Below, piece after piece: positions 27,214-39,208 of a stretch of 64,000 bases of DNA. Source of the stretch: Ruditapes philippinarum (taxonomy: Eukaryota); assembly GCF_026571515.1 (NCBI RefSeq), contig NW_026856168.1, positions 310,001 to 374,000 on the forward strand, in the 5' to 3' direction. A program made the translations under genes and the position numbers. Numbering within the stretch: the stretch's first letter is position 1; each line of letters opens with the position of its first letter. Under the pieces are notes generated by a model. It was given only the letters and a program-made list of their open reading frames with translations, was not told the DNA's origin and made no database searches.

Positions 27214-29062
27214 AAAAGGAGAAAATCAGTGATTTCCATATAAAGTAAAAGAAAAAATTCAAGATAAAATGAGTGTATGCATTTTAAAAATAGGGATGTA
27301 AAACTTCATTTAAACATTTAAGAGTTTATGTTAAGTACTTAAAAACGTAAATCTAATAACAATAGCATCAACCATAAAAATACTGTACTTATTTATAAAT
27401 AAGATATGTTAAGCATTGTTATATGTCTTATATTTTCCATTTCATATTTAGCCAAAAGACATTCTTTCTATATCTCTATTTACCTAAGTGTTTCATCTTT
27501 TTATATGATACAATGAAGAAATTAATGGTTCGAATTTTCAATATGTGTTGACTATTATCTAAAATAATATTGCATGTCTATATTCAAAGATAAAAACGTT
27601 TTCTGTTGACTTTGGTCAATTTTATTGCTATTTATTATTCTAAAGCCCCAAACATAATACAGAAAAGTTTCGTTTTTTCTCCACGATTCTTTCAATCCTT
27701 TACAAAAATCACTTTGGTATAAAAATGCATCATTGTTTGTTTGTTTATGTATTTGTTTGTTGTTTTTTGTTGTCTTCCCTTTTCTATTCTACTCGAGCTC
27801 TGTGACAATTGTATTATAATAAATACATGTAGTATGTTCACCATTGAACTAATTGTTATTGTTGTTATTTTCAGCTTGGTCATTTTGATCATTTTTATAG
27901 TTATTTTGCCAGACTGCTACAATTTATTTCATTTATTTAGATTAATAAATAACTCGTCCCCATTTTGCTTCTACTTACTGCTTTTATGCACAGGCAGAAT
28001 GAAACGCCTCAGTTTGTCTCGTTGTTTATGACTTGACTGTGTTGACCTTAAGTTCTTTATAAACGGTAGTGGTCATTTTTACATTATGTCTTTAAGTCAT
28101 CATTTATCAACATCTCTGACCATGTGTCTAGAGCAGCTTATTTTACATTTCTTGTCCCTTATGTTCCTATCCTATAGTATATGTTCGAATCCCATCAGGG
28201 AGTTTGAACTCTCTCCTGTGAAGTAACTATCCAGAAAGCCTATGGAATGTAATGTAAAGGGAAAAAAAGCTTGGAGAGGTGCCCGAAAAAATTCTTTTAA
28301 AATGTTGTTATGATTAAAACCTAACCAGTCTTTAAACCTTTGTAAGTAAGTACGAAAATCGGTTCGTTAAATGCATTTGCTTTTCTTCATGAACAGTCAC
28401 ATTCACCAAAATTTCTTTTTGAGTACGTTAATAGATTAGATTTTGTCATACCAAATGTTCGATCTATGACTGCATATACTTCGATTTCTTTATACATGTA
28501 GCACTTATGTTATTTTTGTTAGATTGCTATATATGTGCACATGTTATCAGCAAACCATACAAAAAACACGATCAATAGAGATAAGAGAACAGGTTTAAGT
28601 AAATATTCGATTTCAGTTAAATTTGATTGGTTATCTAACGGGTCCGATTGAAATAGGTTATAGATAAAAATATATACGTCATTGGTAACTTCCTTGTTCG
28701 TTTTATTATTACATTTTATTGGTTATTGCTCTTTTCAATGAGTTTTGATAATGATAATTCGATAAGTTATCTTTGATGACACCATGTTTATGAACATGCA
28801 AAAACGGTTTTTTTTTTTGTTTTTTTTTTCTCCAATCATTTTATTATTATTTTTTTTTATTATTTCTTTTTTAATATTATCTTTAAAACTGACCAAAGTC
28901 TTTGTAGATGCTTCAAACATATTTCTAATCAATCCCAACTTTTCGACCGTTTCCGTCAGTCTCCGAATATTATTTATAATAACCGAGATGTTTCGATTGA
29001 CTTTGTCAATTGTATATTCATTTTTCTCTCTAAAACAAACAGGTAGCTAAACTGTAATGATC

Positions 29063-29230
29063 NNNNNNNNNNNNNNNNNNNNNNNNNNNNNNNNNNNNNN
29101 NNNNNNNNNNNNNNNNNNNNNNNNNNNNNNNNNNNNNNNNNNNNNNNNNNNNNNNNNNNNNNNNNNNNNNNNNNNNNNNNNNNNNNNNNNNNNNNNNNNN
29201 NNNNNNNNNNNNNNNNNNNNNNNNNNNNNN
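29063..29230. other. Assembly gap (168 N)
   Basis: Run of N. Confidence 1.
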
Positions 29231-29974
29231 AATGAAAACGTGAAGCTACTCATTGCAAAAAAGAAATATCTGAGAAAGTAGTCTCAAAAATAAATATGAG
29301 TCATGATTTCGCCAACTTTCATATTTATTTTTCATATTTGCTTTTCACAAATATGATATATATTTGGCTGATATAGCATCATATTTCATGGGTAAAATTT
29401 TCTTTAACTCATTATAAATTACACTCACTGATTATAATTACCAAGATACTTTGTTTTTCTCATTATTGTTATGATTTTATACCATTTTGTAAAACTTTAT
29501 TATCCCTAATAAGCACCCCAGATTCGTCTAAACCACATGTAGTAGATATGGTTATAGGTACACCTATGTGGAATAATTATATGTACGATATGCAATGTAT
29601 GTAATGTACGTTGATATGTGATATATGTGCGATGATATATTATTAATACATGCACATTTAAATTTGGTAAATGTACACTCTAAATGATATTTATAACTAT
29701 TTATATGTGACATATGTGTACAATGATATGAGGTGTACGTGTAACCTAATATGCTAGCGTGTTAGGTCATATTTATAGATCTGTACATATTTCTTTTATC
29801 AGTGTGCAAACATAATTATTAAAAAAAAAATTATCACATACTCGTACCGATTTAGCGTTATACAAACATAATGTAAAGACGCGCTAAATGTTAGCGTTAT
29901 ACTATAGGCGCGTCAATGTAAAATGACTCTTATTTCATTTTAAACGGTCTTTATTTTTTGTATGTGATAAATAG

Positions 29975-30116
29975 AATATTAAATTCGTGTAAGTTCATTA
30001 CAGAATTTATTGCACTCGTTGAATAAAATAATATAATGCTCGCCAGAGGCTCGCATAATATAATTTTATTCAACTCGTGCAATAAATTCAGTATTGAACT
30101 TACACTCTTTCAATAT
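29975..30116. repeat. Palindromic hairpin element (MITE-like)
   Basis: GAATTTATTGCACTCGTTGAATAAAAT..loop..ATTTTATTCAACTCGTGCAATAAATTC; a structurally similar palindrome occurs at about 49024-49136. Confidence 0.65.
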
Positions 30117-30709
30117 CCTCTATGTATGGTATACGTTGACTAACATCCGGCATATTTGCACTGATATAAATGTTACATCGCTACTTCTTTACCGATGTAC
30201 ATATATCATTAAGCAGTGTACATACATATACATGTTCATATACCGGTACATTAATATATGGTATACGTTCACCAATATGCGCTACATACATGTGTACTTA
30301 TATCAATATATCATGTATATATAGTGTAAGTGTACTGATATATGGTATATTAAACCAGACAGTTAAATTACAGTCAAAATTTATGATAATGAATAAACTA
30401 ACCTAGCTTTATTTTAACATATATAAAATAACTGTTAGCATTTGATTATTATACGATGAAAAATTAAAATTAAAAAAAAATTACTTTGATATAAGCTGTT
30501 AGTCATTCAACATTTTTGCGAATGTATGCACATTTGTTCTGTTTCTTTAGTAGCGAGCTATGTTAATATTCATTTTTATATTTGTTTATCATTCTTATCC
30601 TATATTTTAAATGAATTTCAGGCATTCAATCATCAAGTGTTCTGGTAAATTACCGATATTCCATATGCTTTTGGACCCATGGCTAAAATTTATTAAGATT
30701 AAGAGAGTC

Positions 30710-32170
30710 TTTTTATACCCCCGCACAACAAAGTTGTAAGGGGATATACTGGAATCAGCTTGTCCGTCTGTCTGGCCGTCAGGACGTCTCCCCCCCAGCC
30801 GGCCGTCCGTCGGTTTTCCTTGTCCGCGCAATAACTTAAGATTCCTTTGACCCACAGTCTTCAGTTTTCATATATTTGACTATTGATTTTGAGGTCACTG
30901 GGTCAAAGGTCAAAGTCACAGGGGCTTTGACTAAAAAAGCTTGTCCGCCCAATAACTTAAGATTCCTTTAACCCACAGTCTTCATATTTAATATCTAGAT
31001 TGTTCATGATTAGTAAATGATCCCTATAGATTTTGAGATTACCAGGTCAAAGGTCAAGGTCACAGGGGCCTTGACTAATAAAAAGCTTGTCCGTCCAATA
31101 ACTTAAGATTCCTTTAACCCACAGTCTTCATATTTGGCATGGATATTAGTCATGATTAGAAGATGATCCCTATTGATTTTGAGGTCACTGGGTTAAAGGT
31201 CAAGGTCACAGGGACTTTGACTAAAAAAGCTTGTCCTCCCAATAAGTTAAGATTCCTTTGAACCATAGTGTTCATATTTGGCATGGAGGTAAGTCATCAT
31301 TAGTAGATGACCCCTATTGATTTTAAGGTCACCAGGTCAAAGGTCAAGGTCACAGGGACTTTGACTAAAAAAAAACTTGTCCGCCCAATAACTTAAGATT
31401 CCTTTGACCCACAGTCTTCATATTTTGCATGGAGGTTAGTCATGATTAGTAGATGACCCCTATTGATTTTAAGGTCACCAGGTAAAAAAAGGTCAAGGTC
31501 ACAGGGGCTTTGACTAAAAAAGCTTCTCCGCCCATTAACTTAAGATTCCTTTGACCCACAGTCTTCATATTTTTCATGGAGGTTAGTCATGATTAGTAAA
31601 AGACCCCTATTGATTTTAAGGTCACCAGGTCAAAGGTCAAGGTCACAGGGACTTTGACTTCAAAAAATGTGTCCGCCTAATAACTTAAGAAACCTTTGAC
31701 CCACAGTCTTGATATTTAGCACTGAGGTTGATCATGACCATTAGGTGACCCTTATTGTTTTTGAGGTCACTTGGTCAAAGGTCAAGGTCACTAAAAAGGT
31801 TTTTCCGCTCAATTGCTTAAGAATGCTTTGGTCAACAGTCTTCATATTTGGTATTGACTATTGAGGTAGTTTATGACTAATGGATGTCCCCTATTGATTT
31901 TTAGGTGACTGTGTCAAATGTCAAGGTCACAGGGATTTTTACTATAATAAGCTTGTCTGCTCAAATGCTTTAGAATGCCTGTCCGCCGTGAATTGATTTT
32001 GACATTTTCACATTTGAAGCATGTAGAATACATAAATTAGCAATGCACTGGCTTAGTTACCTCAAATTTGGAAGGGAGGTTATCCTTGAGCTCTAAATGG
32101 CCACTGTTGATTCTGACAAAGTGGTAGGCGGGGTATTCTATTCACGCCATGACAGTGGCAGTTCTAGTTT
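30710..32170 (+). mobile_element. HINE/Helentron-like non-autonomous element carrying about 8 copies of a ~145 bp satellite
   Basis: 5' TTTTATACCCCCGC..GGGGATATA hairpin, (GTCC/GTCT)n microsatellite, central tandem units with GGTCAAAGGTCAAGGTCAC, 3' inverted GCGGGGTAT followed by CTAGTTTT. Confidence 0.8.
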
Positions 32171-32497
32171 TAAATTGACCGCTACACCAGAAAAGTAGCA
32201 TGTTGCTTTTACATATTAAAGTTGAATCATTTTATTCATAGGGGACGATGCTCTTAGTCTGTTTTTGTTGTTCTATTTTGTTTTGAAAAAAAAAAATATT
32301 TTGAAAATTGAGAGAAATGAAATATCAAGTAAAGGTATGTCCCCATGTCGTTTTCTTTGCGTGTCTGAATTAAATGTGAACGTTAAAATGCTTGTAATGT
32401 AACGAAGATAACTTAATCTGTTGATATTGATTAAGATAAGAGGAAATTGATAAGTGTTTTTATTAGATTTGTGTAAGCACAAAAGAAACAAGTGAAA

Positions 32498-35400
32498 ATG
32501 AGAATCGAGATTTTAATTTTGATCATTTGCGGATATTTTGTCTGTATGATATGTAAGTGTTTCATAATTTTTAAAATAAAAGATGGAGATCTTTTTAATT
32601 TAAGACTAATGAATTCATTTTTATTGTTCAATCAGTTTTTCGATTCTTTGAGTGAAATAAGGTTATTTCCGAAAGAAAATAGTCTCTTTTTTGTCAAAGA
32701 ATTGGTTGTTTATACATATTTTAGCACTGTATCAGTCCAAATTTGATCAAGTTTTAAATGTTTCTTTTTGTAAATTTTTCTTGTCAAATTATGTGTCTGT
32801 GTTGACATCAACTGAGTCAAAATAAGAAGTACTAGGTTGGTCATACTGAAAATAATACTGGCTGTTCATAAATACTGAATACTAGAACATTGTTGACCAT
32901 GGCTGTTTGCATTGAATACGGTAACTTTGATAAATAATGCTTCCTTGTCAGACATACTGAATAATGGTTCTTTGTCAATCATCCTAAATAATGGTTCTAT
33001 CCCAGACATATTAAATAATGGTTCAATGTCGGACATACTGAATAATGGGTCTTTGTCGGACACACTGAATAATGGGTCTATCTCGGACATACTGAATAAT
33101 GGGTCTTTGTCGGGCATATTGAATAATGGGTCTTTGTCGGGCATATTGAATAATGGTTCTTTGTCGGGCATACTGAATAATGGTTCTATGTCGGGCATAC
33201 TGAATAATGGGTCATTGTCAGACATACTGAAAAATGGTTCTATGTCGGGCATATTGAATAATGGTTCTATGTCGGGCATACTGAATAATGGTTCTATGTC
33301 TGGCATACTGAATAATGGTTCTTTGTCGGGCATATTGAATAATGGTTCTATGTCGGGCATACTGAATAATGGTTCTTTGTCGGGCATATTGAATAATGGT
33401 TCTTTGTCGGGCATACTGAATAATGGTTCTTTGTCGGGCATACTGAATAATGGTTCTATGTCGGGCATACTGAATAATGGTTCTTTGTCGGGCATATTGA
33501 ATAATGGTTCTTTGTCGGGCATATTGAATAATGGTTCTTTGTCGGGCATACTGAATAATGGTTCTATGTCGGGCATACTGAATAATGGTTCTATGTAGGG
33601 CATACTGAATAATGGTTCTATGTCAAACATACTGAATAATGGGTCTTTGTCAGACATACTGAATAATGGTTCTATGTCGGACATACTGAATAATGGGTCT
33701 TTGTCAGACATACTGAAAAATGGTTCTATATCAAACATACTGAATAATGATTCTTTGTCAGACATATTGAATAATGATTCTTCTCCAGAATACTGAATAA
33801 TGGTTCTTTTTCGGACATACTGAATAATGGTTCTTTTTCGGACATGCTGAATAATGGTTCTTTTTCGGACATACTGAATAATGATTCTTTGTCGGACATA
33901 CTGAATAATGATTCTTTTTCGGACATACTAAATAATGGTTCTATGTTGGACATACTAAATAAATGTTGTTTTTTTGTTGGTTTTTTTTGTCAGACATACT
34001 AGATAACGGGTCTGTATCAGACATACTGAATTATGGTTTTATTTAGGGCATACTGAATAATGGATATTTGTCAGACATACTGGAAAAAGGTAGTTTGTAT
34101 GACATACTGAATAATGCACATTAACATAATAAGTATTCTTCCATAGCTCACATGAATGTGAGAAATTTTGGACTATACTGAAAAACGTTGATTAGCCGCC
34201 ACTTAGACAATCTTATCAGAAAACAGTATATTGGGGGATAGGAGGGACGCAAAATCGCGCCTTTAAAGCCATTCTGAAATCTTTTAAACTAATAATATAT
34301 CTAACAAAGAAAAAGTAGGAAGAATATTTGATATTTCAAAGCGATACTTATTTTCAAAGTACACAAAATGAAGATAACATTATGAATAATGATAGGCCTC
34401 ATGCATGTGTTCCACCATATTGTTAACCAAGACCTTAAAACAAGGACATCTATACTACTGTCTTAACCCATTACTTCATGAGCATTTTGTGAAAAATGGC
34501 TGTTTTCATTGAAAAGTCTCCCGTTACAAGTTCAAATTGCTATAATACTATAAAAACTGCTTCAACACTAATCAAACTTGGCACAAATGTTGACTGGACC
34601 ATTGCACTTGCAACAACATGCTCAGGCTTAAATTTTCTGTTACCATGGCAACGAGGGGACATCTCAAAATTGCCAAAAATCACTATTTTGCGTTGATTTT
34701 TTCCATCAAAATTGATTTCGAAGTGCTGCACTTTCTCAATGGATTGAGATAGAGTCAAAAGCTTTTCAGCGTTGGTTACACGTTACCTTATGATCAATCT
34801 GGGGTCATTTACAGCCTCTCACAAGTCCAAAATTTTTCTTGGCGATGAGGGGGACTCCGCCCCCCTTCAAACCCCCCAAACAGAAGGGGGCACATCCCCC
34901 TTCTGGCAACCCCCTGATGTATCTCTTTTGGTTGGGGGCCGCGCCGAAAAAGAGGTCACTTTTTTTAACAACATTTCTCAAACAAAAACAAGTGTTGGGG
35001 GCCTAAATAAGGCATTTTTTCATCATTTGAGACAACAAAATGGGGGGGGGGGTGAAAAAGGCGTTAAAAGGCGTGTATATGAAGTAATGGGTTAATAACG
35101 CGGGAATTGTACACTACTGTGTCAATGTGACCTTGACCTTTGCACTAGTGGCATCGAAAGCAATAGGATTTAAAAGTTACATGCACAGGAAATATAGATT
35201 AATTTCTTCTGGACAAGGGTCTCCCATTAAGTGTCACTACGACCTTGACCCTTTACATCATTGATCCCAAGACAACTGACAGTCATTTAATGACCAAAGA
35301 CAATAGTCCTAAGAAGTTTCACAAACCAAGTCCTATTCCTTCTCAAGTTATTGTGTAGACAAAAATTTTATGCTAAGTGTCGCTGTGACAAACCTGTAAG

Positions 35401-38357
35401 GAAATGGACCTTTTGAAGTGAATGTTCCGTAAGAAGGTTAGTATAAAACATGATTGCATGGGCGAAATTTACTTGGACATTGGTATTATAAAATTTGCGT
35501 CCGAAAAAATATCAAACTCATCTAATATTCAAAGACTAGCTCTATAGCATTTAACGCTTACAACTATGTGTTAAAATCTGAAAATTCATGGTTAATTGCA
35601 GCATCGAGGACTTTAAATTGTGTACATGAAAATGCATCAGACACCTCTATGTCATTGTATTTTCATATATTTTTTGTTTGCAAAGAATGACTTGAATTTA
35701 AAATCCCAGCTTGCATGTTTTTAAATCTGAAAATATAAAGACACTTTAAAATGTGCATCTAAATTGCACAAGAAGCCATCATTTAAAGTGTGAATTTCAA
35801 AATGTTTGTCCTGTACGAAAAGTTAGTTTGGTTATTTCAAACTACACCCCCACCCCTCACAACCCAATCCTAGTCAAAAACTTCTGGATCCGTGCCATTA
35901 AATATATCTAAAGTATGTATTTCAATTTCAGCCGCTGAAAATAATACGCCTCAAATAGGCCAACCAAATGGTACAACGGTACACAATGGTACGAATATGA
36001 CACCAAAACCAAATGGTACAACGGTACACAATGGTATGAATATGACACCAAAACAAAACGGTACAACGGTACACAATGGTACGAATATGACACCAAAACA
36101 AAATGGTACAACGGTACACAATGGTACGAATATGACACCAAAACAAAATGGTACAACGGTACACAATGGTACGAATAAGACACACAAACATCATAGTAAA
36201 AATAAGACCGGACTCCGGTGTTACGCATGCGCATCAACAGGCGGAAACAACGAATGTGAAGATTACAACACATACAAAAAAGCGATGGAAGGCAAAGGCA
36301 ACGAAAGAATAAAGAAAAATTGTAGCGAAAAATACAGCGTTGCATGTTTTATAGAAACATACGAGATTCATGGTAAGATTTTACAAGACTTGAGCATAAA
36401 ACTTCATTCTGGTAGTTAGAAATTATACGTTGTACTTTAATAAAGGGAACCATGTAAATGCAATAAAGTAACTAGATTAACATATGTATAGGGCGTTGTT
36501 CGGACATATTTCTCTCGAAAAAAAGATATACAAATGATGTTCAATGTTACAGGCGTATTGTAAACTGTTACAAACATTGCTTCAAGATTTAAGGGTTTTT
36601 TTTTCAGTGGAAATAATTCATTCAGCAGATGTACCTTTTGATTTAATGAGAGTAAATTTCATTTCATTAATCATCTTTGTTTATATTTTTCTTTGTATTT
36701 ATTTTATTTTATTTATAATATTTTTTTGCAAGTGGGATTTTTCGTTACCACTGCCCCATTGGAGCCTCTGTAAAAAAACTACATTGATATATATAGGGTG
36801 CGAAAAAACCTCAACCGCTATATAGCAGTCGAGTTTTTTCCTAGATGAATCAATGAAAACACTGTACTGCTATATATCAATACAGTTTTTAAATGCTCAT
36901 TGAAGTGTACTGAGTATAATGGGTTAGAAACAACAAAAGAAAAGTTCCAAACCATGCGATAAAACTTGTTATAATCCAGTAAGGGTAGATCACTGCGTGG
37001 CCCTTATTACCGTCTATGTAATACACTTTTTTATCAACAACCTCAAACCCAGCAGGGGCTGCCAACCCGTTGTTGCTTGAGACAACGCTCTCAGTACTCA
37101 CCCTGGATGAACAAGTTTAGGGTTAGGGTTAGCCCTACTGGTTGGTTCCAGGGACGCATTCGAGCTTATAAACATTTTGCGTAGCTTCCTACACATTAGA
37201 ACTAAACCAATTCAGTAAAAACAATAATCAAAGCACAGAAAGCGCTGAATTTGTTTGGGTCTCAGAATGTCAGAAAGGTGAAGGTTGTAAGATTTTAAAC
37301 CAATTTGTTTGTACATGTATAGTATCACCAATGCTGTTTCCAGTGTTATAACTATAGTAAATTGGCTATAAGACTAACTGCAACACTGATATTTAATTCA
37401 ATGTTTATTTGGCTTAAATAATTAAAAAAAAACAAAACAAAAACATGGCATTGAGATGAGTTGCATTAACTGGGATTTGAATTCTAGACCTCTCGCTTTC
37501 AAAGGGAGCGTGTAAACCCCTCGACTACGGGGAAATTATAATAGCAGTCTGAAGAAACCCATATTATTCTCATTTAGGGTTTATAACCCCTTATTAATGT
37601 CGATATATTTTGTTCTTGGTAAACCTGTTGTTTAACACTGATGTAAATAATCATGGAGCTTAATATAAACATGTATATATACATGTATAAGAATAACACA
37701 ATATTAGTAATCTTCAGCCAATCGGGAACTATTTTTTCTTTACGAAAATAAATGCGCCTGTCATTTGAAAAACTTTACGCACTGATCTCCCTTTATTTTT
37801 TCGGCGTTAGTGTACATATAAAGGGAAGTAACCGCTTCGAGGAGTTTGGACTACTTTCGGTATTTGCAGATAAGCCAATGAGAGTCTGAAATTTCGCTAC
37901 AATTATTTGTTTGGTCTGACGACCCAAACAAATAAAAACGATTGAAACAAATTTATAATGGTTATCAGCGTCAAAACCTCATGTAAATGTATCATTATTA
38001 TGGGCTACGTTCATATGTAGAGAAGTAAAGGGAGACCACTGTGTAGAAACTTGTTGTACAATCTATATGTTTTCAGGGGCCACCGTTTCCCACATAAGAG
38101 GCTGCAGTGACGATATACACTACTCCTTCTTCGCAAATCTTCATCAAAACAAAACCAGCCCATATGAGCGTTTTAATGATCTTAAGCCAGACAACGAGAC
38201 CGCGTGCGTCTGGGATAACCTGCATCTCGTCTGCTTAACCAAATGTAATAACAACTTCTGTAATGGCCCTATTCTTGAGGAAGTAAATGCATCCACGGTG
38301 ATCAAACTATCTTCAATTTTAATGTTTGCGGCAGTCCTTTTATACAAAATATTCTAG
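32498..38357 (+). CDS. Ly6/uPAR (quiver-like) protein with GPI-type tail, paralog C, with N-terminal glycosylation repeat, 258 aa; exons 32498-32552, 35932-36372, 38077-38357
   Basis: 55-nt signal exon MRIEILILIICGYFVCMI with T|GTAAGT donor; phase-1 introns; same 10-Cys pattern; hydrophobic tail; AATAAA at about 38735. Confidence 0.9.
32930..34120. repeat. 27-bp minisatellite (about 44 copies) in intron 1 of paralog C
   Basis: AATAATGGTTCTTTGTCGGGCATACTG repeated; gives 9-aa periodic ORFs on both strands. Confidence 0.95.
34463..35095. mobile_element. piggyBac-like MITE
   Basis: TTAA-CCCATTACTTCAT ... ATGAAGTAATGGG-TTAA; a related 3' fragment lies at about 42060-42208. Confidence 0.75.
35964..36190 (+). 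repeat. Coding tandem repeat, 5 x 45 bp, (P/Q)NGTTVHNGTNMTPK
   Basis: Seen directly in exon 2 of paralog C. Confidence 0.95.
37226..37937. mobile_element. Interspersed repeat with TIRs; second copy at about 63332-63957
   Basis: ATTTGTTTGGGTCTCAGA ... TCTGACGACCCAAACAAAT; colinear with the 63.3-64.0 kb copy in the same orientation. Confidence 0.75.
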
Positions 38358-39208
38358 AAGAAGGAGCTACAAAATACCAAATAGCGTTAACATTCTTAGT
38401 GTGATATTTTGACACAATGAAAACCATTTCCATTGATGAAAACCTCATAAAAATAATTTCAACTCTTTATTATCTAAGTCAAGGACGTGCATTCAGTTTA
38501 AAATGTGCGAGACACATCATGTATATGTCTATTTATAATGCATATTTGTCATGCTCTTGCATAACAATGCGCAGCAGTTTCAGCCATTTTCAATATCAGC
38601 ATGTTCTTTGTAACGGGTATATCTGTGGCTTTAAATTTGTGTATACAATTTTAAGCAACATGATTGTGAAATTGAAATTTGAACTAGAAGTCAACTACTA
38701 CCTAGAAGTGACCTACTTTTGCAGCCTTTAACTCAATAAATTGTCTGAATATTGTTACTAATTTTTACGAAATATATTATTTTAGCATCCATTCATGACG
38801 ATATTTTTTCTAAATTGTCATTTTATACTCTTTCCAAAACACATGATCGTTGTTTATTCATATGGAATAATGACAAAGAATAGTTCATCCGATTTTGTTT
38901 AAATTTTCCATTATGCATTATACAGAATTGTACATGTATTCTAAAGAAGAAAACACAACAGCTTCATATTTCATTTTCTGTTTGTTTGTAGCGATCTAGT
39001 TCATTGCGTAAGGATTTATGTCAATTCTTACAGTATCACAACAGCACCTTATGTATATTCTCTTACATGACCTTAGGTGTTATCTATGACACGAACATCT
39101 AATCTGGTTTAATTAAAAGCACAAAATCTACAATATATATGAAACAGAACTTTCTTGGACTAAGTTAGTTAAATAAACATAAATGAATTTATGCACTACG
39201 TACATGTA

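Noticed and set aside
32866-33953. Periodic minus-strand ORFs (MPDKEPLFS)n
   Set aside because: Products of a 27-bp minisatellite lying antisense within an intron; no independent gene signals.
7354-35932. Hypothesis that one shared signal exon serves all three Ly6 cassettes
   Set aside because: Each cassette has its own homologous 55-nt signal exon (9970, 20553, 32498), so they are separate genes. The 7303 exon is at most an optional alternative.
35908-36345. Cys/Tyr/His-rich minus-strand ORFs
   Set aside because: Antisense readings of the 45-bp coding repeat of Ly6 paralog C.
37468-37530. tRNA-like sequence on the minus strand (similar remnants at about 19260 and 62815)
   Set aside because: Degenerate A/B boxes inside interspersed repeats with no complete cloverleaf; these are SINE or TE remnants, not tRNA genes.
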